From Neocallimastix sp. 'constans' (taxonomy: Eukaryota): a stretch of 64,000 nt of DNA. The notes beneath the pieces were generated by a model. The model was not told the origin of the DNA, ran no database searches, and worked only from the letters and a program-made list of their open reading frames with translations. The first letter of the stretch is position 1. Each line of letters begins with the position of its first letter. The stretch lies in assembly GCA_050613775.1 (NCBI GenBank), contig JBODTK010000012.1, positions 868,001 through 932,000 of the forward strand. The letters are read 5' to 3'. Positions 40,042-53,444 of this stretch are shown here, piece after piece. The position numbers and the translations under genes were made by a program.

Positions 40042-40327
40042 TATAAAAGATAATTAATGAAAAAAATTAGTTTTATTATTATTATTATTATTAATTATTA
40101 TTATTATTAATTATTAATTATTAATTATTAATTATATATGAATAAATAAATAAAGAGTCTGATTGATAAATAACAATATAAATATTAAATAATAATAATA
40201 AAAAAAAAAAAAAAAAAAAAAAAAAACTGAATAAATATCAAAAAGCAGAAGAAAAATATTAATAAAAATAACATTATTTGAACCAATGAAAGAATGGTGA
40301 TGTATCATTCTATTTAATAAATTAATT

Positions 40328-40361
<34 letters not shown>

Positions 40362-40362
40362 A

Positions 40363-40393
<31 letters not shown>

Positions 40394-43276
40394 GTTATTA
40401 ATTAGAATTTTTCTCTTTTCTATTGATTTAACCTTATTTATATAATTGTTTTTAGTTACAGATTAAATTGAAATAAACAATATTTATCTATTAAATTGAA
40501 TTATTTATTTGTAAATAATAATAAATATATAATAAATCAATAATAAAAGAATAAAACCGAGTTTTATTAATAAATAATTAAATACTAAATTTTAAATTAT
40601 AAATAATAAATAATTCATAACAATTCATTATATTAAAGATTTAATAATAATTTATATGATTTTATTACATTTATTACATATCTCGTTTTAATATAGAATA
40701 ATAATAAATAATAAAGTAATTAAATAAATAATTTTTGGAAAAAAAAAAAAAAAGAATTTTTGATTTTATTATTCATTAAAATTATTTAATTATTTATTTA
40801 AGTATTATTAAGTATTATATTTTTATTACTATTTTTTTATATATATATATATAAATAATATAAAATTTTATTTTAATTTTATTATTTAATTTTATTTTTT
40901 AATTTTATTATTTAATTTTATTATTTAATTTTATTTTTTAATTTTATTTTTTTAAATTTTTAAATTTTTATATATGTATGACTATTTTATATGGTTTAAA
41001 GTTTGAGTTTTATATCTCTATATATTTAATATAATTTTAATTTTTATATTTTTTTTTATTTTATTTTATTTTATTTTATTTTTGATTTTATTGTAACAAA
41101 ACATAAAACTTTAGTATTAATTAAAATTTTTTATTTTTTTTTTTTTAAAAGGAAAAAGGAAATGAGGAAGTTTCCACTCTTATATATTATTAATAATAAT
41201 TTTATATTATTATATTTAACTTTTTTCTTTATAAAATAAAAAAAATCCACTTTTCAAGCAAATAAAAAAAAAATATTATAAAAAAAAATTAAAAAAAAAA
41301 AAAAAGAAATATTTTTGTGTTACATTAAAAGGTATGAGATTTTAAAATATAAATTATAAAGCTTATATTAACTTTTCTGTTGGTTAATATAAATTAAATA
41401 GTAATTAAAAACCATAGAATTTCCTAACTTTATATTTTTAAAAAAAAAAAAGGTTTTTAATATAAAATATCATATGATAATCATTATAAACGTAAATTAA
41501 TGTTAAATTTAATAAATATATGTTAACTATTTATTTATGATTTATTAATTATTATTTAGATTATTTTTTGTTAAGATATTTATTTTTAGATGCATTGGTA
41601 TAATGAACAATCCATAAGTTTACTCTTTTAATAAATAATTCATATATTTTATTAATACTTTTATACAATAGAAAGATTATAATATATATATATTTTTATG
41701 TTTTTTTTAAAAAAAAATATTTCTTCTATGATATATATTAATAAAAGTAAATTATGATTAAATATAATTTATAATAATAATACTATTATTATTATTTATT
41801 TATTTATTTATAATATAATAAAAGACCAGAAAGTTTAAAGGGTTTTATATAAATTTTTATATATACTCTAAATATAATTAGATTATTAAGTGGTAACACA
41901 TAATAAATTATATTTTTTTTTTTTTTTTTAAATTTTCTTATAAATAAATTTTTTAAAGTTTATTTAAAAATAATATACATTCTAAAAAGAAATTTTTAAA
42001 AATATTAATAATATTAAAAAAAAAATAGTATAAGTTAATAATAAATAGCTATAAAAATAATTCAATATTATTAATTCAATATTATTAATTCAATAATAAT
42101 ATTACTATTATAATTAGTATAATAGTAATAATAATATAAATATAATTTTTTATTTTATTAAATTATATATTTTGAATAAAATTAATTAAAAATTTTCTTA
42201 TAAATTGAAATACAATATTTTCTTAGATTTGATTCAATAAAACTGTTTAAATTAACATTTTTTTATAAAAGAAATTCCAAATAATAATTTATTTACTTAT
42301 TGTCTAATTGATTCATTTAATTACTTAAAAGAGTGACATAAAAATAATAAATAATAAATAATTGAATAATATTAATATTAATAAATAATAAATAATAAAT
42401 AATTGAATAATTAAATAATAAATAATAATAATATTAATAAATAATATATAATAATAATAAAATATTCAATAAATATAAATTATCACAAATATATTAAATT
42501 AAAGAAGATGAAAAAGTTTAATAAATATAAAATAAATTAAATCATAGAGTATTGGTAACAACATTATTAATTAATTAAAACTATATCACTTCTTTTTAAT
42601 TTAAAAAAATTAAGATAAAAATAAAAATATATATATTTATTTTAAAATTATTATTATTATTTAAAATAAATTATTAATTTATTTTATTATGTTATATTAA
42701 ATTTTATTCTTCTTATTTCTACTATTTATTTTATTTTATTTAATCTGTATATATTTTTTTTATTATTAGTATTATTATTTTTAGTGTTTTTAGAATTATT
42801 TTATATTTTCTTTTATTTTATATATTCTATACTCTATATATCTCTATATATATATTTGTTCTAAATAATCAAATAAAATACATATAAAACTTAATAATAT
42901 TACAATAGTTAAGTATCATTAATTGAATTAATATTATTATCATCATAATTTTAATTAATTAAAGAAAAGAAATTTTTAAAAAAAATTGTTTTTTATTAAA
43001 GATTTTATCATATATCAAATATCAAATATAGAAATATAAAATATAGAAATATAAAATATAGAAATATATATATTAGCAATCAAAAATTAAGTTACTGGAA
43101 CAAAAAAAAGATTAAACTATTGGATAAAAAGATGATAATCCATGTAACCAATAACTTATAAACTGTCTCTCTAAAATCACATTTAATTTTTTTTAATTAT
43201 TTTTTTTTTTTTTTTTACTTTTATATAAAGTATGGATTTATATAATAATGTTATAATATATATTTTATAATAATAA

Positions 43277-43647
43277 TGTTGAGACATGAAACATTCATAT
43301 AACTATATTCAATAAACCATTTCACTTATTAATTAATTATTTACTTTTAAAAATATTTCTTTGAAATTGAGATTTAGATCTCTACTTTTAATAATATCTT
43401 TATTTAATAAGGTTCTCTTTTATAACTAATTGTATAATACAATTATATAAATATTATTTATTTATTACATTTAATATAACTATATTTGGTTGTTTATGTA
43501 AATATATGATGTACGTCACATATGCGCCACAATACATTTACATAACAATACATATTTAATTATTTAATACATTAATAATATTATATTCTAAGTTATTATA
43601 TAACTAACTATAATATAGTATCACAATATTAAACTTTATTTCTAACA
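43277..43647 (-). mobile_element. Putative copia-type solo LTR
   Basis: TGTTGAG...TTCTAACA ends. Terminal TATTAAACTTTATTTCTAACA also occurs at about 53138-53158, and the internal ATGTACGT..ATGCGCCA motif at about 52335. No TSD found; left end tentative. Confidence 0.45.
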
Positions 43648-44189
43648 TTTACTAATTAATTATTTTAATTATTTATTATTCAATTAATTATTTTTTATTA
43701 ATAGTTAAAGTATTAGTTATTTTATATCATTTAATATATAAAAAGGTTTATGTTACATAATTAATTTTGATTTTTAAAATAAAATAAAATTTTATTTTAT
43801 ATTATTTTATTTTATATTAATTTTTAAAACTTTTAAAGTGTTTTAATACTCTTTTTTTAATACTCTCCATTTATATCTAATTAATTAAAGCATAATTAAT
43901 ATTTATATATTGTAATAGAATATAATATATTTATATTTTAATATTAAAATTGTGTGTGATGTGACATTTGAAAACCTAAAAAAAAAAATTATGAATATTT
44001 AAATAAATTAAATATATGAAGCCATTCTATTGGATATTATTGAATTATGAATAATATAATAAATAAATAAATAAATAAATAAATAATAAATATAAATAAT
44101 AATTAATAATTTTATTCCTATTTTATTCTATTTTAAAATTAATATATTATAAAATATAACTTATATTTTAAAATTTCATTATATTAGTT

Positions 44190-44680
44190 TCTACTTTCCA
44201 ATCAAAAAAAAGGGGATTTTCTATTTTTCTGGTGGTTTTATGAACTGCATAAGTAATGTCTGGTCTCGTACATATATACAAAATTATTAAATATCTAATA
44301 ATATTCTTATAAATAATTTTATTAAATAGACCTTTATTTTCAGATATTAGATTTTTTTTTCCCGTTCATAGCGTATTATTTCTTTTTGTATATTTAACGT
44401 CAAATATTTCTAATAATCTTTCAATAAATCTTTTTGGGAAATAATAAATTTATTTTTAAAATTTTTAATTATTATTTCAAAGATTCATTTGAATGGTTTG
44501 CATTTAGAAATTTTAAATTTTCTTTTAAATTTATTTATGGAAAAAAAGTTCATTGCAATAACCCGTTAATAATCATATCATCTACATATATTTCTATAAT
44601 AGCCATTAAATTTCCTTTCTTTATTTTGAATATACATTTTTCTGAATAAGCTGCATAAATCCATTGTTGATAAGAAAATT
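44190..44680 (-). mobile_element. Copia RT C-terminal relic
   Basis: The - strand reads CTRPDITYAVHK, the typical copia TRPDIxYAV motif. Confidence 0.65.
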
Positions 44681-44699
44681 TGTAATTTTTTATATTTCA

Positions 44700-45363
44700 T
44701 TAGAGCCCGGATTGTTTAAGACCATATAATATAGGAGAATTTTTTTTTTTTTTACTTTTCTATGAAGTGTCGAAGGTTTTCCTTAAGTATCTGAATTTCT
44801 ACAACAGAGCTCACCTTCTCCATTAAACCATTGGTTTGATGGTGAAAGGGAGAAGCAAGTTTCATAGTAATATTAAGTGATTTAACGATGACAGCCCAAA
44901 ATTTTGATGTAAATTGAGTTACTCGGTCAGAATTGATAATAGAAGGTAATCCATGAAACGAAAGAAGGATCGACGATTAGGTGGAACATAAATTTTACCT
45001 TTAAAAGAAAGGAATATTATTTACTAAGAGAAAAAAAATTTCTTTTTGTTTTTATTTATTTAGGGGAGCCCTTGGAAGATTCAGAGTCAAATTGGGAGCA
45101 TATGACATAGTAGAAATTATCTTCTTATTTATTCGTGGTAAATATGATTGGTAAGAGAGGAAGCATAAGTAGTGAAGGTATAAAAATTCTCAGGATGTAA
45201 AACACCAAAAATAAATTTAAGCGGAGGTAGAATCTCTATGGGATGGGTAGTCTGGTCTACGAGGTTTACCATTAGAGGATCAGACACGATAGACAATTTT
45301 TGAAATTAGATTTCTAAAAGGAAAAAAAGTGACCAATGGACAAGTCTTTGAGTCATTTTCTCT

Positions 45364-45398
<35 letters not shown>

Positions 45399-45830
45399 TA
45401 AAGAAGGTTACTATGGTCATAGAAAATGGAGAACGGTCAGTTGGTTAGGCGATCTTGAGAAAAACAAAACTGGATGGATTTTGTTATCTTTTGGGGAAAT
45501 ATGGGAAAGTACGGCATCAATGGCAAAGTTGTCATTGTTAGTTTCGAGTATGAAAGGAAGATTTCTATTTGGATAAGCAAGAATTAGAACAGATGAAAAC
45601 TTTGATTGAATTAGTTTAAAAAATTTTTTGAGTTTCCGATGACCAACGGAATTTTATATTTTTTTTTTCCTAAGAAGAAGAGAGGTAAAAGGATGAGCTA
45701 GTTTGGCAAACCCAGAGATAAAAAAACAGGCGATAATAGCTAGCAAGTCCCAAGAATGATTGCAACTCTTTATTGTTTGTAGGAACAGGACATTCCAAAA
45801 TGGAGGAAACTTTCTTCGGGGTCCATAAAT
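44700..45830 (-). mobile_element. Ty3/gypsy pol relic (RT connection, RNase H, integrase)
   Basis: The - strand reads KELQSFLGLASYYR, GFAKLAHPFTSLL, LAYPNRNLPFILET, HGLPSIINSDRVTQFTSKFW..SPFHHQTNGLME, in RT-RH-IN order. Confidence 0.85.
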
Positions 45831-46919
45831 ATAAAGAAATTATAATTAAATTACTAATTAAATTTCCTAGCCTTTGTTATTTGAACCCATTATTAATAAT
45901 ATTCCTTCCAATTTAACCTCATAAATAAATTATTAAAGATATTCTTTGAGTTAGCAAATTAATAATAATTATACATTTTAATATTTAAAAATTATGAAAT
46001 AAATAGAATGATTAATTGTTAAATTACAAAAATATTAAATATTTAAAATCATTTAAAATAATAATTAATTAAACTAAAATAATAAATATATAAATATTTA
46101 TTGTACATTTATTTGTTTGTTTAATTGTTTATTATTAATAGTTAATATTATTTATGAGTAGAGTTTAATTACCAAAATTAATATAAATAGAAATGAAAAT
46201 TAATAGTTTTCTAATAATCCATATATAATTATAATTTTAAAAATTATTAGTAATAATCCATATAAAATTAGATAATAACTTTAAATATTGTTACTAGTAA
46301 TTTATATAAAATTAAATAGAAGTTTAATAAATAAAGGTTTACTAATTTTTACTTGAAAAAATATTATTAATATCAATAGAAATATTATTATTATCAGTAA
46401 AAAATTAGTAATAATAAATAAGAATTGTTTATATTAATTATATAATTATAAAATAATTACTAATTAAATAATATGATTTATTAATAATATTTCTTTTTAA
46501 GTTAAGAGCATTAAAAACTCCCTAAAATAATAGTCCTTCCAAAATACTCCCCAAAATTTAAAATACATTATTAATTAAAAGAAATTTTATACACCCTTTA
46601 AAATATTAATTTTTTTATTATTATTATTAATATTAATAAAAGGTAATTATAAGTAATTATCTATTGAAAATTGATAAAAAGACTAGGATATTAATAATAA
46701 AAATAAAATATTATAAATATTATTAATAATAGAATAATTAGTTCATTTTAGACTCACAATGCATAAAATTATTTTAAAAGATATTAATAATTACTAATAA
46801 ATTTTGGAAATTATAATTTTTAGAATATAATAAAGTTAAATTAGAATAAAAAAAAAAAAATAAAATTTATTTTTTCTGGTTAAGTTATTTTTAGGTAAAC
46901 TTAACTAAAATAATAATTT

Positions 46920-48280
46920 CTATTCAGTTCTTATCAAGATATCCCCACTGAGACTCAAGCTACACAGAAGCAGAGTTAAACTTTACTATATATTCTTCAA
47001 ATGAACATTACAATTCATTTGGATTCCGAACTTCAAATAAGCAAGAGTTATTGTGTTGAATTACTTCTTGATTACTTGTAGAGGTCGTACAAAGGAAGAT
47101 TCAAGCATGGTTCGATAAAAGTTCCTTGTTACAAGTAAGGAACTTTCATCAAACCCTAACTCCTCTTTGTTATGTTCAAGGCATTTATACCAATCCCACC
47201 TAATAATTTTTTTTTTTGGTAACAAAAATGATTCATCTGTAGTAGTTTTTCTTTCAATAAACTACGAGAGGTTTATGATCAGATACAAAAGGAAAATCAA
47301 AAACAAAATAAGCACTTAATATTTTATCTTGCATTCTTGAGTTGACTAACGCATGATCAATATCTGATGAATATCTATCTCTAGTAAATGAAATTGGTGA
47401 ACCATTAATCGGAAGAATAAAAACCAGTTATCAAGGTTACTGTTGGTTAATTTATCTTGTAAATAAGTGGTGCTCATGTTAAAGTCTCCAAGAAGAATAG
47501 ATGGATGATTAATGGGATTCTGAAACCATGTGAAAACTTCAGAGAATGTATATCGGACTTGTAATGATATTTCTTAGACATTAGCCACAGAACACTTAAA
47601 GTAATTCCATAGAAAATATGTTTATTAAAGAAACAAGATGAGTATAGGAATTATCTTCAAGTACTGCTTGATATGAGATATGATATCCAAGATATATAAA
47701 CCTTTACAACCTGACGTATATGGAATCCATTCTTTTTTTTTTTTGGAAATATTTGTAGTTGGGAAGTGTTACTTTTCATGGATTTCTAGCATCATTGGTA
47801 CCATTACCTGTTTCCTGAAAACATCGGAATAATGGTTTAAAAATCCTGTTGGAGTACTCAATACGATCTCTTTTTACAAAATTCCATCCATTGGTATTCG
47901 AACTAAAACAAAAAGAAAACCTTCCTATGTTAGAATGTGAAATATGACTTTAAGAATTAAAAGAATTAATATTTGGTATATTGGGAGCATTGAGTTCATG
48001 ATTGCCATTTATAACATATTATACTAGCTTAGTTGAATTGAGATTTACTGAGCTTGTATTATCCAATGTGTAATTAGATACTAAATTTTGTTTTAAATGC
48101 TGAAAAAGAAACCTTATGATTCTATTTGAAACATCTACAATATTAAATTCCAACTCCTGATATTGATTTTTCAAATACTTTTTCAAATTCTTTTCAATGA
48201 TAAGATATTATTCTTGAATTTTTTGCATCTAGAAGGAATATTTTTTAAACTCCTTCATTTTAGCATCATGAGAAAAAGAT
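46920..48280 (-). mobile_element. LINE relic, apurinic-endonuclease (APE) region
   Basis: The - strand reads FQETG, HPSILLGDFN and SDIDHALVN. GGTATAAATGCCTTGAAC resembles 57723-57740 of the other LINE copy. Confidence 0.75.
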
Positions 48281-49099
48281 AAAGTATTATATTTATTCTT
48301 TTTATACTTTATAAAATAGTTTTTTTTATACTTTATAATAATAAAAATTTAATAATAAATTTTAAACACATTTTATTTATTTTTTTTTTTTTTTTGTTTT
48401 ATTACAATAAAAATTTAATAATAAATTTTAAATACATTTTTATTTTTTTTTTTTTTTTTTTTTTTTTTTAAGTTCACTTTTTAAATGATTTGAGTTTTTA
48501 TATATACTTTTAAATATTTTTTTTTTTTAAAATTAAAAGTTTTCTAAACATAAATCAATATTTTCTAATACTAAATTTTTATATTTTTAAAATAAATTTA
48601 TACTATTAATATAATTATAATTTTATTTATTATAAATATTAATAGTATGTTACTAAATTACAACATTTTATTACTAGTTTAATTATAATATATAAGAATA
48701 AAAGTTACAAGAAAAGTATTTATGTATTTTAGTAAAAATTAGTAATTGAAAATATTCGGAAGAATATTTAAACTGTTAATTTAATATTTACCTTTTGATT
48801 AAATTTTACAAAAATTTTTTATAATATATAATATTAAATATCAAAAATTATATTATTATACTATATTTTTATTAAATTTTTTTTTAATATAATTGCACTT
48901 ATCAATGTATTATTTTATTTTCCATTACAATAATTATCTAAATCGCATAATTAACAACTAAACCCCATATTAGTAATACAACTTTAGCAACTACACATTA
49001 ATAATGAACAAGGAAATAAAAATAAGTCTACTCAGGAGAAAAAAAAACAACTAAAGATTCTACTGTCTGTAATCTTAGAGATTATTCAGTTATTACAAT

Positions 49100-49760
49100 T
49101 TACATGGATAGTTCAAGTCTTCATACTCTTGATTCGGACCACCTTTCCAATATTTCACCTCTTCAGTACATACATTACCCTGTTTTTAGAAAATCTTTAG
49201 ATAAGGACTTTGGAGAGGGCCTTTTTAAAAATCCTAGAGTATATACCACAAAACAACAAATATATAAGTTATACAAAACTAATCTGATATTTTTAAGAAA
49301 GAAATTTCTAAACTTATAAATAAAAAGCTTATTATTCCATCTAACTCTCCATTGTCTAGCCCGATAGTTCTCGTTCCGAAATATAATGGGAAATGGCACC
49401 TTTGCCTCGATTATTGGAAAATCAATCAGACAACTATTAAAAATTGGCTATTCTCTTCCTCTAATCAAAGAAATTTCCCAATAGTCTTATCGGAGCCTCA
49501 ATTTTTCCAACCTTAGATCTTTTCAGTGAACATCACCAGATACCAATAGATCCTAATTGTGCGCCGGTAACAAATTTTGCTACTCTTGTTGGTAATTATA
49601 GTTTCAAGGTTATGACATTTGGCATAGCCAATACTCTTGCTTCTTTTTAGAGGGAGATGAATAGGATTCTTTTTCCGCTTCTCGGTCAGTAGGTATATAT
49701 ATTTTTTGATGATATTTTGATCTTCTCAAAATCCGAAGAAGAACATGTTAATATTACAGG
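49100..49760 (+). mobile_element. Ty3/gypsy reverse-transcriptase relic
   Basis: SPIVLVPKYNGKWHLCLDY, LDLFSEHHQIPI, FKVMTFGIANTLASF, YIFFDDILIFSKSEEEH. Confidence 0.9.
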
Positions 49761-49848
49761 GAATAATGATCAGGATTTGGCCTTTCTTTCAAAAAGGAGA
49801 AGAAAATGATATTGAGCTAGCATTGCATTTCATTAATTGAAGTATTTC

Positions 49849-49879
<31 letters not shown>

Positions 49880-50346
49880 GAAATTATGATATAAAGGACA
49901 AAAGCCTGGATCCAAATACGAGTAAATTGCTAAAAAAGAAATGTCCACTTGAAAAATCTAATTAAATCTTAATTTTTCTTTTCCTGAAGGAAAAAATCTT
50001 TAAGGTAGGAGATTTTGGTTAAATGTTAAGAATATATAGACATTTTTAAATTATTTATCTAACTTTTAATTTTTAACTTTAATAAGTTTTTCAGAAAAAA
50101 AAAATTATTCATCTATTTTTACTTTTATATTATATTTTTACTTTTATATTAATATTTTATTAGTATAAATATCAATATATTATTATCAATATTCTATAAA
50201 TATACTATAAGAAAAATAAATTACATTATTAATATAAAGATTTTAATTAAAATTAAGAAAAATTTAAATTTTATAAAGATGATCTTCGACTATTATTCAA
50301 ATTATTTTATTATTCAATTAGTAATAGTCCTTCCAAAATGAAACTC

Positions 50347-50377
<31 letters not shown>

Positions 50378-50517
50378 TAAATTTATAACCAAAAATAATT
50401 CAAATGTATATCATATAAAAATATTATAATTAATTATTATTGTTTCATATTATAAAAGTTTATTTTCAATTTAAATAATTACAAAAAATAATTATATGTA
50501 AAAAAACATGTTTATAT

Positions 50518-50755
50518 ATTGAAAATTATATATATATAAGAAAATTCTCAAAGAATAAAAGAATAGGATATTGAAAATTATTTATATCTAAGAAAATTCT
50601 CAATGAATAAAAGAATAGGGCAACATTTCCCTTTGTCGTGAAACTCTCTCTAAGAAAGGATAACATGAAAATAATAATACTAATAATGTAACATCTCTTT
50701 TTGTTGTGGAACTCTCTCTAAAAAAGGCTAACATGAAAATAATTATACTAATAGT
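50518..50755 (+). repeat. Two adjacent pairs of short direct repeats
   Basis: ATTGAAAATTA..AAGAAAATTCTCAA.GAATAAAAGAATAGG twice; AACAT..TTTGT.GTG.AACTCTCTCTAA..TAACATGAAAATAA twice. Confidence 0.75.
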
Positions 50756-50916
50756 TAAAGAAATATGTTGTGATATCTTTGAATATAATCTTAAATTAAT
50801 TGCACATATTTCATGTATAGTACCAAGTTTAGTATCATTTAATTTACATTTTCCCTTCTTAATAGTATAAATTGATACATCTTGTTTATCTCTATCAATA
50901 TATTAATCACGTGACA

Positions 50917-51250
50917 TGTTAATTGATATGCGGGACTTTTATGTGCTACTAATTTTTAATAGTATTGTTATATTTAATTAACCTTTATTAATATATTTTA
51001 ATTTATAAAACCCAATTAACCAAGGGTTAAAAGAGTAGTTATTAGAAATCTTTATTAATAATGGTTAACAAAGATTTAAAGTACAGAGAAAATTACATGT
51101 ATTTATATTTAATTGTGGCTTGTTCTAGATACATATTAATTTATATTTAATTTATAATTACAATGTATTTAATATAATTTAATTTAATATTCTATTAAAC
51201 CTAAGCTAGAATATAACTTTATATTAATAAAGTTAACACTCCCCCTCAAA
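50917..51250 (-). mobile_element. Copia polypurine tract plus 3' LTR relic
   Basis: The - strand reads TTTGAGGGGGAG|TGTTAAC, a canonical PPT abutting an LTR start at 51238. Far end tentative. Confidence 0.6.
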
Positions 51251-52379
51251 TTAAATTTTTTATTTTATAAAAATTTTATTTGTAAAATTAGTTATTTTGT
51301 TTCCATTAAGGTTTTTGGTTAATGTAAAAGAAAACACAAAAATAGATTACAATAACAAAATACAATAAATTTTATTTTATTAAAAATTTTTTTATTAAAA
51401 TATATTTTATTAATATTTAATAGTTATTTGTTAAAAATAACAATTACATCGAGAAAAAATGTGAAAAGTATCTTCTATTTATACTTTTCCTAAATACATT
51501 GATAATATATTATTTTATTTAAATTACATATATTTTAATATAAAACTATCCTAATGAATTTTATTAAATAATAAATTTATAAACTATAACTAAATTTAGA
51601 AAAATATAATTATTAATTAAACTAAATACTAAATAATTAAAATTAAGTACATTTATTATCTATTTATTATTTTAATATTATAAGTAAAGTCTTTATTTAT
51701 TTTCGATTTAAAAACAATGTTAAAGGAGTCATGATTAAATTTTGAAACTTAATTTTCACAAAATAAATTATTAATTTATTTTGTTTTAAACTTAAAGTTA
51801 ACATATTTCAAATTATATTAATAATATTATTTTATTTATTTATTTTAGCTAATGTTGATATATTATTAATAAAAATAAAAATAAAATTTTAGTTATTTTC
51901 TAATATTTCATCATCCTCAAAAATTTTTTTTAAAACTTTATTCTTTTATTTTCTATTATCTATAATAATTATTATAATTTTTTTTTATTTTTTTATTTTT
52001 TTTATTTTTTAATTACATATTATTTTTTATTAATAAATAAACTTTTTTTTTTTAATATGAAAGGAAATGTCATAAATTAATATTGTATTTGTATTTCCAA
52101 TTAAAAATATTAATATATTAAAAATATTAGATTAAAATTTATTAGAATTAACACATCAAATTTCGTAATTTCAAATTTTATTTATTATTTTATTAATATT
52201 TTTATTTATTTATTTAAAATTATTAGTTAACTACTTTTTAATAATTATTATTAATATTTTTTATATATATTTTTACTACATAAATTTTAATTATTTCACA
52301 ATTTTATTTTATGTGTAATTACATAAATGTTTTATGTACGTTATACATGCGCCATATTACAATTTATATAATAGTTGAT

Positions 52380-53103
52380 AGGGTGTCATTTCGAAAATTT
52401 TTATTACATAAATTTGTATTTTGTTGTAGTGCATTTCGGAAAACATGGCGTATTATAATGTAATAAATAAATAAATAAATTATAAATGAATAAATAAATT
52501 TTTAAATGATAATAAAAAATAATTAAGACAAACGTATATTACGACTAAAAAATTTTTTTTTAAAAAATTAAATAAAAAAAATATATACAGTAATAAAAAT
52601 TTTCGAAATGCACACAGTTTCGGAACCGCACGTGAATAAATATAAGCCACATATTTTTGAAATGGCGTATTATATATAAATTTTTTTATATAAATAAATA
52701 ATTAAATAATAATTAAATAAATATTTTATTTTATAATAATTTCATAATTTAATATATATATATTAAATTATAATAAATTGCAAGTAAACAAACTTTATAG
52801 TTAAAAAATAGTATAAAAAAAAAAATTATTAAATATTATTATTAAATAAATAAATGAATAAATTAATAAATAAATAAAAATTTTCAGAATATAGCGAATG
52901 TAAATCATCATTTTTTTTGAAATATATCACATTTTAAATATTTTTAATAATTATTTTTTCAAAGAAATTATATGCACCATTTTATTTTAATGTTTTAAAT
53001 ATTATATTCATAAATAAAAATTTATAAAAAAAAATAATATAAGCCACATTCCGAAATGAAAATTTATGTAATATTTTAAAGCCACACTCCGAAACCCACC
53101 CTC
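52380..53103. mobile_element. Putative non-autonomous DNA transposon (MITE-like) with internal TTTCG(G)AAA / GCCACA repeats
   Basis: Imperfect termini AGGGTGTCATTTCG ... CGAAACCCACCCT; at least 6 related GC-containing motifs in both orientations; separates two halves of an LTR-like sequence. Confidence 0.45.
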
Positions 53104-53444
53104 GTTATTTTGTTTAATAACAAGAATAATATTCATATATTAAACTTTATTTCTAACAAAATTAAATAATATATTTATTAAAAAAAAAAAAAAAAGTATA
53201 TAAATATGAGTTTTTTCCTAAAGTTAAATCTTTGAAAAATAATTTAAATATTATTTTTAATAAAAAAAATTTATATTTTAAATTTTTATTATAAAAAAAT
53301 TATAAAAAAATAATAAAAAATACGAAAATAAATATTATATATATATATAAAACAAAGTTAAACAAAAGCAAACTATTATTGTAATACTAATAATATTATA
53401 TAAAGTTTTTTCAAAAAAAAAAATTATTTTTTTCAAATTTGAAA

